This document shows, piece by piece, positions 1 through 10,900 of a stretch of 64,000 nt of DNA; the first letter of the stretch is position 1, and each line of letters opens with the position of its first letter. The notes below the pieces were generated by a model. The model saw only the letters and a list, made by a program, of their open reading frames with translations, searched no databases and was not told the origin of the DNA. The DNA comes from Bacteroidales bacterium (lineage in GTDB: Bacteria > Bacteroidota > Bacteroidia > Bacteroidales > M50B96). Position numbers and translations under genes: made by a program. The DNA is taken from positions 30,411-94,410 of the forward strand of contig JAGYLP010000005.1 of assembly GCA_018401015.1 (NCBI GenBank), read 5' to 3'.

Positions 1-864
1 TTTCAAGGGCGAATTATCGGCGATAAATTGCGCTGGATTGCCGGATTCACCCACTTGAACGATCGGATATCCTCGGTCGATATTGAGCAGTTGAACGAAG
101 GCAAGACCGACGATCTCTTGCCTTCGGTAGAAGCTATGCCCGGCTTGTACGAACGCTATGTAGCCTGGGGAGTAATTCCTGAGAACGAAGCCGACGGAGG
201 GATTAACAACTACCTGAAACTCGGATTCATTTGGGATACCCGCGACAACGAGCCGAACCCCATGCGTGGAATGTGGTCGGAAGCCTTATTATTTTCAGCA
301 CCCGGTTTTCTGAATAATGAAACACCGCATCATATTCTAAACCTCACCCACCGGCAATACTTCACTCTTATTCCACGAGATCTTTCGCTGGCGATTCGAC
401 TTATGGCTCAGCAAACCATATCGGGAAGCGCACCTTTCTATGTTAAACCGAATGTGGTTACCTCTTTTCAACGAGGCGTAAGTTCCGACGGTATAGGCGG
501 AGGGAAAACCGTTCGTGGGGTCTTATTGAACCGAATCGTAGGCGATGGGGTCTTCATGGGAAATATTGAAATGCGTTGGAAAGTATGGCATTTTCGATTG
601 CTGAACAACAACTTCTATTTAGGTCTGAACGCCTTTCTCGATGCCGGCCAAGTAATTAAACCCGTTGACATTGACTTCGATCTATTGCCCGAAGATTATG
701 ATTCTTTTTTCAACGACTCAGGAGAAAAAATGCACTTTGGAACCGGACTCGGATTTCGCGTGGCGATGAATCAAAATTTTGTCGTGGCGCTCGATTACGG
801 ATTTGCCCTCGACTCTCAGGACGGAGATCAGGGAATGTATATTGGTTTGAATTATCTCTTTTAA
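1..864 (+). CDS. Omp85/BamA-TamA family outer-membrane beta-barrel protein (5' truncated by window)
   Basis: Frame is open from base 1; WDTRDNE..P..G motif, GGGKTVRG loop-6-like motif, F-D-AG, C-terminal YIGLNYLF with terminal Phe. Confidence 0.8.
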   Translation, partial: FQGRIIGDKLRWIAGFTHLNDRISSVDIEQLNEGKTDDLLPSVEAMPGLYERYVAWGVIPENEADGGINNYLKLGFIWDTRDNEPNPMRGMWSEALLFSAPGFLNNETPHHILNLTHRQYFTLIPRDLSLAIRLMAQQTISGSAPFYVKPNVVTSFQRGVSSDGIGGGKTVRGVLLNRIVGDGVFMGNIEMRWKVWHFRLLNNNFYLGLNAFLDAGQVIKPVDIDFDLLPEDYDSFFNDSGEKMHFGTGLGFRVAMNQNFVVALDYGFALDSQDGDQGMYIGLNYLF

Positions 865-924
865 ATCTAAAACCGACACAATCTACCTTCACTCCATCTG
901 TTCCAGTTAACCTCATATCCAGCT

Positions 925-2889
925 ATGGCAAAGCCATTCAACCAACTTTCACGTGTAAGCTGCCTTTTCATCCTTCTTGTTTGGATCATTCCCGGCGGGG
1001 TGGGAGGAGCCCACGCACAAACTGAAAAGATTCAAGCTTTGTCCGAAATACTCATGCAATATGAGTATCACCCAGCAGACACTATCTTGAAACATTCCAG
1101 GGCTTTATCCTCTCAGCTGGGCCCTTCTGTTTCCTCGTCGGACAGTGCCTGGATTTACTGGGCTATTGGTCTGGAAAAATACCACGCTGGCGAACGACAA
1201 TTATCGGGTTTGTATTTCAGGAAAGCACGTCAAATTGCAACGGAAACCAGCATGATGCAACTCATCCCATTGCTAAACCGAATAGAGGGAATTCTTGCTC
1301 GAGAGAATCGACTCTTTTCACAAGCACATGAACTAATCAATCAATCGATCGAGGAATTTAAAGCATTAAACTTACCCCTTCAATTGCAATTTTCCTATTT
1401 TGAATCGGGCAATAATTGGTATGCACTGGGACGCCATACCAAAGCATTGAATTTATACCTGAAAGCACTTGAGGCAGCCCCGGAATCGCGCCTTCTCGAC
1501 AGCAAACTGAATTATGCCATTGGGAAAACTTACTATCGCTTAGCAAAACTTTTCAGGTTAGTTCAATCGCTAAAATATACCCGCTATTTGCAAGAAGCAA
1601 AGCGTTATATGCAAAGCTCGCTCGAGGATAAGCCAGAAGCAGTTGGCGAAGGTAAAACCTGCCTCACGCTAATTCAGCTTTGCAATATTTCTCTCGAGTT
1701 ACATTCCTACGAAGAGCTCCGGTCTTATTTAAAAATGCTTGAAGATTGCCGTGGAATTCCCGATTACGACGTTGAGTTAGGACTCCTGATAGTGGAAGCA
1801 AGAACGGCTAAAACCCTTGAGCAGAACACCGAAAAAGCCTTGGCGATTTTAGACCAAATGGAACAACAAAAATACCGCTGGCTGGCTCCAACCCATTATT
1901 TTGAAGCCCAAGTATACCGTGCTCAGATTCTTTTTGAACTCGACAGCAATGAAACAGCCTTTGAACGGATAGAACAAGCAGCCGATTGGTTCTATGAGCG
2001 AAACGACTTGAATCAAGCTTTGAATGCCTACCAACTTTGGATTCGAGAGCTGGCGTCGAACGATCAGTCCGACAAATACCTCCGGTTGCGACCCAGGGTC
2101 GATTCCCTTCAGCAGCAACTCTTTAGCGAGGCCGACCTTGAATTATTCGAAGAAGTAAAACAACGCTATGAAACCGAAGCCTTATCCAATGAATTGGAGG
2201 TGGTTCACTCGAAAAGCATCAATCAGCGCAAGTATTTACTCTTGCTGGTCATTTTGCTCCTGAGTGTTATTTTAATTTCAGGATTAATCTTCTACATCAA
2301 TCATTTACGAAGCAAAAAAGCCCTACTGCAACTCGAAATTGAATCGGAACGAGCACGTCAATTAGCATGGGAAAATCAGGCAAGGGAGGCAACGATTCAA
2401 AAACTTGAACTTGAGCAGGAATTAATTCGAGAGATGAATCGAACGGCCAACTTGGAATCGGAGAAACTACATCAACAAAAAATGATGGAAGCCTTGAGGC
2501 ATTTGCAGCACGAAAACCTGCGGGTAAATTTAGCGAACCAGCTCCGACCCTACTCCCTCCAGCTGGTCCGTAAAAAGGATCGAGAAGACTTCGACCAGCT
2601 GATTCATCAACTCGAAGAAAATCAGCAAGATCAGGCAATAGAGCAATTTGAGCAAGTCTTTACGCAAGCTTATGGCGATTTTTATTCCAGGTTAATTCAA
2701 TTGAATCCCGACTTTGGACGAAACGAACTTCATTTAGCCGCCCTACTTCGACTCAATTTATCGAGTAAAGAAATTGCCGGTATTCTCAATATTAGCCAAG
2801 CTGCCATTGAAAAGACCCGTCATCAGATACGCCAAAAACTTCAACTTAAACGTTCCGATTCCTTAACCACATTCTTAATGTCGCTCTAG
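925..2889 (+). CDS. TPR-containing transmembrane regulator with C-terminal LuxR-like HTH
   Basis: Signal-like N-terminus, TPR-like helices (GNNWYALGRHTKALNLYLKAL), TM helix LLLLVILLLSVILISGLIFYI, coiled coil, C-terminal LRLNLSSKEIAGILNISQAAIEKTRHQIRQKL. Confidence 0.8.
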   Translation: MAKPFNQLSRVSCLFILLVWIIPGGVGGAHAQTEKIQALSEILMQYEYHPADTILKHSRALSSQLGPSVSSSDSAWIYWAIGLEKYHAGERQLSGLYFRKARQIATETSMMQLIPLLNRIEGILARENRLFSQAHELINQSIEEFKALNLPLQLQFSYFESGNNWYALGRHTKALNLYLKALEAAPESRLLDSKLNYAIGKTYYRLAKLFRLVQSLKYTRYLQEAKRYMQSSLEDKPEAVGEGKTCLTLIQLCNISLELHSYEELRSYLKMLEDCRGIPDYDVELGLLIVEARTAKTLEQNTEKALAILDQMEQQKYRWLAPTHYFEAQVYRAQILFELDSNETAFERIEQAADWFYERNDLNQALNAYQLWIRELASNDQSDKYLRLRPRVDSLQQQLFSEADLELFEEVKQRYETEALSNELEVVHSKSINQRKYLLLLVILLLSVILISGLIFYINHLRSKKALLQLEIESERARQLAWENQAREATIQKLELEQELIREMNRTANLESEKLHQQKMMEALRHLQHENLRVNLANQLRPYSLQLVRKKDREDFDQLIHQLEENQQDQAIEQFEQVFTQAYGDFYSRLIQLNPDFGRNELHLAALLRLNLSSKEIAGILNISQAAIEKTRHQIRQKLQLKRSDSLTTFLMSL

Positions 2890-3102
2890 TACTGCCAGGA
2901 GAAAAATCATTAAGCATCCTAACTCACCAAAGAGTGGTTACAGCTCTATGCCGGATTTATTCATTTACAGATTGAATCGAAGGCATCGCGGAGGAATGAG
3001 GAGTCAAACAAAACACAAGCCACTGAATAACAGCAAACTAACCAAGTTTGCCTAAGATTATTTGCACATCTTCCAATTTTCTTTTCCACCAATTATATTT
3101 GC

Positions 3103-3110
3103 TACTTTTG
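3103..3110 (+). promoter_or_regulatory. Bacteroidota -7 promoter element (TACTTTTG) for dnaX
   Basis: Exact TAnnTTTG 18 nt upstream of the ATG at 3129. Confidence 0.65.
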
Positions 3111-3128
3111 CGAAAACTAGAAAAAAGC

Positions 3129-4929
3129 ATGAGTCAATTTATCGTTTCAGCCCGTAAATACCGCCCCACAACCTTCCACTCGGTGGTTGGACAAAAATCG
3201 ATTACCACGACGCTTAAAAATGCGATAGAAAAACAAAAACTGGCTCATGCTTATTTGTTCTTCGGTCCGCGTGGAGTTGGCAAAACCACCTGTGCACGAA
3301 TTTTTGCGAAAACCATTAATTGTTTGCAGCCGACGCCCGAGATGGAAGCCTGTAATCAATGTGAATCGTGCAAGGGATTTAATGAAAACCGATCCTATAA
3401 TATCCATGAACTCGATGCAGCGTCGAACAACAGCGTCGAAGACATTCGGAGTTTGATTGAACAGGTTCGTATTCCTCCTCAAGTAGGAAAATACAGCACT
3501 TACATCATCGATGAGGTTCACATGCTTTCGCTGGCCGCCTTCAATGCTTTTCTGAAAACGCTTGAGGAACCGCCGGCCCATGCTATTTTTATTCTAGCCA
3601 CCACCGAGAAACATAAAATTATTCCAACCATTCTGAGCCGTTGTCAAATATTTGATTTCAACCGGATTGAAGTGGCCGATATGGTGGATCACCTGAGCTA
3701 TATTGCGGGAAAAGAAGGAATTAGCGCCGAACCCGAAGCCTTGAATATCATTGCTCAGAAAGCCGACGGAGCCATGCGCGATGCACTCTCCATCTACGAT
3801 CAAATTGTAAGTTATTCCGGCGAAACCATCACCTATCAGCAGGTAATCGAAAATCTGAACGTACTCGATTACGAGTATTATTTTCGCTTAACCGATGCCT
3901 TTCTGGCAGCCGATTATGGAAGCAGTTTAATAATCTTGGACGAGATTTTGGCGAAGGGTTTCGACGGGCAGCATTTCTTGGTCGGGTTGGCAAAGCATTT
4001 CCGCGACTTGCTAATTTGCCGCAAGCCGGAAACCATTCAATTGCTGGAAGTTGGTGCAGGAATCAAAGAAAAATACCTTCAACAAGCGGTACAGGTCGAA
4101 GTTAGTTTTGCACTCGAAGCCTTGAGCATCTGCAATCAGTTCGATATAAATTACCGCAGCAGCAAGAATACCCGTCTTCACATAGAGTTAGCCTTGCTTC
4201 AAATAGTTGGTTTAAGCCTGAAAAAAAAAAGCCCTGAGTTAAGCGAGGCGCCTCCTGCGGTTAAAGAAAAGCAAGCAGTGGCTGTTCTAACCAGCCGCTC
4301 AATCGTCTGTTTCGGCGACCGCCAAGCCCGCGCCCACTCCGCCAGCTGCTGAGAAAAGCCCGGAGCCCGCGCCAGCACCGGTAAAATCGGAGCCAGTTGT
4401 TTCGCCCGCCAAACCCGAACGCAAACCTTCATCCATTCCAAGCCTCGATGCTCTTTTATCGGGTCAAGCAAATGCCCAAGCAGCTAAAAGGAAGTTGAAC
4501 CAAAGGCTCAAACGGTAGTTGGAGCCAACGTAGAGCTAAGGCTAACACCAGCGAACCGTTGAAGATCAGCTTGAAGCCCGAAGCACTCATTTGCTGCCTG
4601 GAAACGTTTCCTCATTAGACTGGCCGGGTGAGCCTCGACTGCATTCCTCCCCTACAAATTGCTTAGCGCCGCAAATCACAAACCCCTTGCATTTGTGCTG
4701 AAAGTAGCCAACCAATCCATCCTCGAGTCGCTCACGATGCGATTAAACCGAAATTAACGGAACGACTCATTCGGGAGTTACGATTGAGCTCACTCGAAAT
4801 AGTGCTGGAACAGAGGAAGTGGAAAAGCGATCAACGCATTTACCGCCGAGGATAAGTTTCAATTCCTGTCGCGTAAAAATCCCTCAACTCCTTAAATTGA
4901 AACAATCCTTGGGACTCGATTTCGATTAA
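3129..4929 (+). CDS. dnaX: DNA polymerase III gamma/tau; frame intact to about 4290, tau C-terminal part broken by several frameshifts (called ORF ends at 4352)
   Basis: ARKYRP, GPRGVGKTT Walker A, CxxC zinc site, IIDEVH, SRC; downstream fragments in shifting frames give a Pro/Ala linker and AFTAEDKFQFLSRKNP/QLLKLKQSLGLDFD* ending at 4929. Confidence 0.93.
4221..4242 (+). other. Candidate recoding (transcriptional slippage or -1 frameshift) site in dnaX that would produce gamma
   Basis: A10 run at 4221-4230; -1 frame reads AAG CCC TGA (4235-4237); +1 frame reads GCC CTG AGT TAA (4240-4242). Confidence 0.6.
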
Positions 4930-7900
4930 TCGTCGTAAAACTCTTCTTCGTCGTCCATGCTGTACTTTTCAAGGAAATAGCGTTTTTCGCTCATTAGCAG
5001 GAACAATCGTCAAGGGAGGCTCCCCTTTTATCGTGTTCCGTCGATTGTCGGCTTTCAATCTTTCAATCCAAAATTGAAGGCATCGTCCAGGAAACAACAA
5101 AGAGATTATTTCGCTTGTACTCCATAAAATACCACTGTTCGCTACCAGCCTGAAAATAAGCGGTAAATTCATTGCTTACACGGGTTTTCAGGAATTCAAA
5201 TTTCGAAGGAGCAATTCGGTTGATCCCTTTCTTGCCCATGTTTCCAATACTCACATCGTCGATCGATTCGTAAGTCTTTTGTTCGCTGTTCCAAGCCAGG
5301 TGAATGTTGGTAAGCACCAAACTACTTTCGAGTAGTTCAGGTGTGCGGCGGTATTCACCATACATGCTTAAGTTCTTAAGCGCAGCATCGGCCTCTTCGA
5401 CCGGAAGCAATTCGTACATTGCTTTCAGAAAAATCTCATCGGATAAATCGGCCGCTTCCATTTCATAATTGCTAATCATTTTGTCGGCCATCAGATTCAG
5501 AATCGGTTCAGGGAAGTAAAAATCCAGAACCATCATCAGGTTCATTTCCACCTCGTTCAAGGTCAGGTCATGGACAATTTGCCCGGCCGAATGAATCTTA
5601 ATTTGGCCTGCATAGACCCCAATATCGATTAAACCTTCCGCCTCGAGCTTACAGGCATCCACCCATAAACTTAACATAGGCCCGGGAGCATCGGGATTTT
5701 GCAACTTTTCATACGAAGCAATACGATAAGCGCGATCCGTTTTGTCGAAAGTAAGCAAGCCGGAAACCGTTATATGCTTGATATCGTCGCGTCGTTTGGG
5801 TTTACTTAGGAAAGATGAGTAGATATGGATGCTGTCTTTGTTCATAAACACCCCGGCTGCGAGGTAATTCTGTTCTTTATCGCGAATTTTCTCCCGAATA
5901 GGAATATAGATTTCGAGTGGATCGATTAGGGTATCGAAATAAAACCAACCAGGATTTACCAATTCACAAGCGTGAACCAAATTGGCGTGTCCTTCGAAAT
6001 TGAGCCATTGAATGGGAGCATCGAGCTTGACCCTTCCCTGATAGCGAAAATGAGGAGACAAGGTAAAATTCTGTTCTTCAGGAATATCGGCCAAAGCATA
6101 GGTTTGGAGGGAATCGTTTACATCGATTACACTAAAGGAAATGGTTTGGTTCCGATTTTGCTCATCGATATAATCGTAACTACCCGAAGCGGTGTAGGAT
6201 TTTCGACCGAACACATTGATTTCCGCTTCGTAAAATGTGTGATACCGATTAGCAGTATCCGCAACGATTCGAGCTTGTTCGAGAGTGCGCATGGCAGCAC
6301 CGGCCTCAATCGATACGATACCATCGCCTGGCAAGAGCGCTGCATCGGCAACTAAAATCGTTTTAACCGATTGAGCTATCAACAAGCTGTCTTTGATTTT
6401 GTAATTAGCCAAAGGAGCGTAAAAACGCAAAGAGTCTTGTTTCGGATGGACGGAGATAAACTCGGCTCCCACATAGTCGGAATCGATGAGTTTTTCGGCA
6501 TCCATTTGCGCATTGACTATTATCGCTTTGTTGACCAAAGCGGCATCCATCAGGTCGAGTTCACTTTCGTCCATGTACCATTTAAACATATCGATGGTAC
6601 TGATGTATTGCACCGGTGGAATTTGGATTAATCCCGAATCATTATTCAAGGTAAATTGTCCATAGCGAGCGGTAAAATCGACTTTACCGGCTACATCATC
6701 CACCTGAAAATTAAAACCCTTCCCATCTTCTCTCTTCAAATCGAAAGATGAATTTTCCACTTCGAAAGCATTCGATGCGTAGCTAAAATCTTTCGAATTC
6801 ATTTCGGCCCACAAAAATTCCATCTTTCCTTGTCCTTCCACTTTTTCGGGTCGTAAGCGAAGCGCACCGGTCATTTTTGCTTCGGCAAACATGGAGAAGG
6901 GTGTCTCTCTACTTTGAACAAAGAGCTGATTCTCGTATGGTTCCCAATGCTGATAGATTTGATTTCCGACAATGGAAGGATATTCCGGCGTTTGAATTTG
7001 CTGTTTCATTTCAAAACGCTGTGGATAAGCATTCATGGAATCGGGGTAAAAGATGAAGTCGTCGCATTCCGATCGAGACGTGAGATAATCTACCATTCCG
7101 CCTCCACGCAAGCCTCGATTGCTCAAATAAATGGTTTGATAGTACCGACCTTTATCCACATAAGTTGGATAGCCCATTTCCGGCGTTTGGGTAATAAATC
7201 CAAGCGATAAATCTTGTTGCACGCGCAACGATTCTCTAAAGGGTGGGAAAATATTAGCCGAAGTAAATTCGCCGTCGAAGTAGAGCGATTTGGTTTCAAA
7301 CTCGTCCAAACTATCGATGCTATAGGGATCGATGGCAAAGTAGAAATCGTCCTTTCGATACACCCCACGTTGAATATGTGGTTTGTTGTAATACACATAG
7401 CTTGTCTTCCGACTATTAAAAATCGGATATTCAGGCTGATAATTTCTACCGGATTTATTCCCGGGCAAGTCGATGATCAAATCGCCCGTAATGTCTTCGA
7501 TAACAGTTCGAACTTGAACTAAAATCGGATTTTGATCCTTATCACGCGATTCAACCCAAATCCGGAGCGAATCGATATTGTCCAAATCAACTTTAAAATT
7601 CTCATAACTAAAACGGAACGATTTCCCATAAAAATCAAATTTCCCGGCTTCAACTTTTCCTTCGAACTCAAAGTCGCGGTTCTTTTTCATTAAAATCTCC
7701 CCTCTGCTGGGGTAAATCACTACGTTTTGAGAGTCGCTCAATTGAATAAGAGGAACGCCATAAATCTTCAAATCCTTGGTTAACAAATTTAGGCTTGCAT
7801 TTTCTTTATTCCCCGGACTCGAATTCATGCTGATTACGTCGTAATCTTCTACTCCCGAAACAGCTCTCACGTAATAAAAGAGCCGATCGCGCAATATAAT

Positions 7901-9427
7901 TTTCTCGGTTTCTACCTGATAATGAATGACTCCTAAATACGAAAGTCGCATTAACAATTGTCGAACAGGAGTAATCGGCATTCGAATGAAGTTTGCATAC
8001 TCGGAGGCCGTAAACTCCTTATCGAGGTATCGGTTATAATATTTGATAAGCCCCGAGAACGGATGCTGGGCATCTTTCCCCTGAACCGCATAATAACGTT
8101 CCGAGCTAAAATAGTGAGCCGATTCGAACACTGCAGTTCCCGATTCACCTCCTTTCATCATGCTGAAGATGAGTCGAGGTTCTCCCACCTTCCAAAGGAT
8201 TTGTTCAAAATCCATGTCGATTTGATGATAGGAATTCAAGAAAGGAGTTTGCGTTACCCCTTCGCCATCGCGCAGTAAAACTACTTCCTTCTTGTCGTTC
8301 GCATAGCGCATGGCAAGCCCAGGGTGGTAAATGCTATCCTGATTCAGGTATATAGTAACGGCCGACCGATCGCTAACAATCCGGCCTTCGCCAAAGGCAA
8401 ATTCGGGCGAAGCGCAGCGCATGAAAACCGTATCGTTTTGCTTAAACGTAAGGTAAGCATCTTGCTTATCGGCACCAATACTCATGAAGCGATTCCCAAA
8501 CATGGAAAAGCTGCCTGCATAATCGATGCCCGGGTAAATATCGGGGATCGTAATTCGGGCAGCATAGGTTACAAAACGCGGATAACTGATACGTGTTTCG
8601 GAAGCTTGCGTAACGATTTTATCGGTTAGCTTCCCTAGTAGGTATTCATCGGAAAAACTTCGATGGATAAACTGAACCGAATCGGCCTCGTACATGGATC
8701 GCTTTAGCTCGATGGAATAATCATTCAGCAAAGCATGAACCGAGTCGGGCGAAAAGCCTGCATTTTCCCAGGTTACTTTTCCTCCTTTGCCGTACCACAC
8801 CATATCGATCGGATTGTAGTAACCCGATGTTGCATTGATTCGGATACTATCGTCTTTGGCATAACAACTCAAATCGAGTTTCTCGAAACGGATCAGCAGT
8901 TCATCGTTGGCGAATTCGAACTGATAATCGGCACCATTCGACTTCCATTGGGCCGTATAATCGACTTCAGTGCGATAAATAAAATCGCCCTGAACGAGCA
9001 TGTAAGTGGAAAAGAAGAAGGATTCGATTTTATTGAGCTGAAAATTTCGCTTATCGAGCATGTATTCCAGGGCATTTTGCCATTCGTTGCGCGATTCCTG
9101 GTCGATAAGGCCTTCGTTCAGGGCCAGTAGTACTTGCAAGTACGAAGCAAAGTGTTCTCCTCTCCCCCTTTTTTTTAGCAGAGCCACCGAATGATTCCGA
9201 ATCGTTTCGATATCGTAGGCAGTAAAAGATCCGCCTAAATAATGTTCTTCGAATTGTTTATAAATATCTTTTCCCGGTGGCTTATCGCTCGATTCGACGA
9301 AGGACTTTAGTTCTTTAAGAAACTTTTCGGGCTCTTCGCTAAACTGGGTTATTCTCCGTTGAGCCAACGATTGAAACGACAGAAACAGAATGATTAGAAG
9401 TAAGAATAGCCTGGGCTGTTGAGTCAT
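4926..9427 (-). CDS. Large (~1500 aa) beta-rich exported protein of unknown function; C-terminal ~50 codons frameshifted (called ORF ends at 5063)
   Basis: Signal peptide MTQQPRLFLLLIILFLSFQSLAQ; long open frame; shifted tail KRYFLEKYSMDDEEEFYDD* ends at 4926. Confidence 0.8.
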
Positions 9428-9432
9428 GTACC

Positions 9433-10266
9433 CTATTTTTTTTGAAATGAAATAGCCGACCACTTATTTTTACACTTATGGTTGCGATAGGTAAGTCGAT
9501 GACGATTGGCTTCGTCGATTAAATCCTGCGCATCGCTTAAAAAGAATCCGCTAATAATTAAAATGCCGCCGGCACGTAAGGAACGTGCATAATAGCTCAT
9601 ATCGTGTATCAGCACATTTTTATTGATGTTTGCGAGAATAAAATCATATTCCTCGGAACGTAAAAAATTCGCCTCGCCTCGCTCGACCTGAATATGCGCA
9701 CAGCGGTTTAGTCGGACATTTTCCCGTGCATTTTCGACCGAGTTTTCATCAATATCGAAAGCATCGATGGATTTTGCGCCTTTTTTGGCAGCGAGGATGG
9801 CTAGCACGCCCGTTCCGGTTCCCATATCGAGTACCCGCTTCTGATTAAAATCGGTATCCAGGCAATATAAAATCATGAGTTCGGTAGTTTGATGATGCCC
9901 TGTTCCGAACGACATTTTTGGGTTGATGAGGAGTTCGTGCTCCATATCGGGTAATTTGGGATGGAAATCGGCCCGAATGTGCACCCTATCCTGAATCACG
10001 ACCGGGTCGTAATTCTTTTCCCATTCGCTGTTCCAGTTTTGAAAAGGAATTTGTTTGACTTTCATTTCCAAATGATTACTCTCCAGCAACTTTTTAAGTG
10101 CTTCCAAATTTCCGTCCTCGAAGGATTGGCTTGGAATGTAGGCCTTTATTTGATTCTCCTCTTCCATTATGCTTTCAAAATCGGCTACTGATAATTCAGC
10201 CATGATCCAATCTTTTAATTCCTCGGAAAGAGAAGACACATCGACACTTAATTCCGTATATTCCAT
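9433..10266 (-). CDS. prmA: 50S ribosomal protein L11 methyltransferase
   Basis: NWN.EWE, PKMSFGTGHHQTT, VLDMGTGTGVLAI, ILANIN. Confidence 0.95.
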   Translation of the reverse strand: MEYTELSVDVSSLSEELKDWIMAELSVADFESIMEEENQIKAYIPSQSFEDGNLEALKKLLESNHLEMKVKQIPFQNWNSEWEKNYDPVVIQDRVHIRADFHPKLPDMEHELLINPKMSFGTGHHQTTELMILYCLDTDFNQKRVLDMGTGTGVLAILAAKKGAKSIDAFDIDENSVENARENVRLNRCAHIQVERGEANFLRSEEYDFILANINKNVLIHDMSYYARSLRAGGILIISGFFLSDAQDLIDEANRHRLTYRNHKCKNKWSAISFQKK

Positions 10267-10347
10267 AGTATTTGAATTTTAACGAATACAATTTAAGGTT
10301 GATACCCGGGGTAAAATACCACTATTTCTATTTGATTTGATTTTGTA

Positions 10348-10355
10348 CAAATGTA
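10348..10355 (-). promoter_or_regulatory. -7 promoter element (TACATTTG) for the prmA operon
   Basis: Exact TAnnTTTG on the minus strand upstream of prmA. Confidence 0.55.
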
Positions 10356-10418
10356 AATTTTTAGCAAGTTACCAGAAATTATTCGAAGCAGATTATTTTG
10401 TATTTCATTAAAAATAAA

Positions 10419-10426
10419 TAGATTTG
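10419..10426 (+). promoter_or_regulatory. -7 promoter element (TAGATTTG) for rpmE2
   Basis: Exact TAnnTTTG with TTTG about 20 nt upstream. Confidence 0.65.
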
Positions 10427-10534
10427 CAGCCCATTAGAGCTTCGGCTCGAAAAGCTATATTTTAAAAAGCTAACAACCTGTTAATCGGGGAGATAAGCGT
10501 TTAACGAGAAACTGGAAATATAAATTATATCGCA

Positions 10535-10798
10535 ATGAAGCAAGGAATACATCCCGAAAATTATCGCTTAGTGGTTTTCAAAGATATGTCGAACAACGAG
10601 CAGTTTATTACTAAATCGACCGCTCCTTCGAAAGAAACCATCGAAGTGGATGGAGTGGAATACCCACTAATCAAACTTGAAATTTCGAACTCTTCTCACC
10701 CTTTCTACACCGGTAAAATGAAATTGGTGGATAGCGCAGGACGTGTTGACAAGTTCATGACGAAGTACCAAAAGCATTTGCAAAACAGGAAAAAATAA
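10535..10798 (+). CDS. rpmE2: 50S ribosomal protein L31 type B
   Basis: MKQGIHPENYRLVVFKD, SSHPFYTGK, AGRVDKF; no Cys. Confidence 0.96.
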   Translation: MKQGIHPENYRLVVFKDMSNNEQFITKSTAPSKETIEVDGVEYPLIKLEISNSSHPFYTGKMKLVDSAGRVDKFMTKYQKHLQNRKK

Positions 10799-10900
10799 TC
10801 CCTGCAAAGGGTGGAGTCGGCTGATACCGACTACCGGATTTTTATTTCCGCAACCTAACCGCTCTGCGAGGGTTTCGCAAAATAATCTCCAAAATTCCAT

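Noticed and set aside
3048-3128. Upstream TTG/GTG/ATG start extensions in the ORF track (dnaX, folK, wza, murA, abgT, idi and others)
   Set aside because: The extensions cross promoter or terminator elements or precede the family N-terminus; downstream ATGs were used instead.
3129-4929. dnaX as a true pseudogene
   Set aside because: Essential gene; the indels are confined to one patch that also hits the neighbouring gene, which points to sequence error.
5972-9130. Many short plus-strand ORFs inside the large minus-strand gene, and similar shadow ORFs across the window (e.g. 15287-15895)
   Set aside because: Antisense or alternate-frame shadows of well-supported genes with no recognisable motifs.
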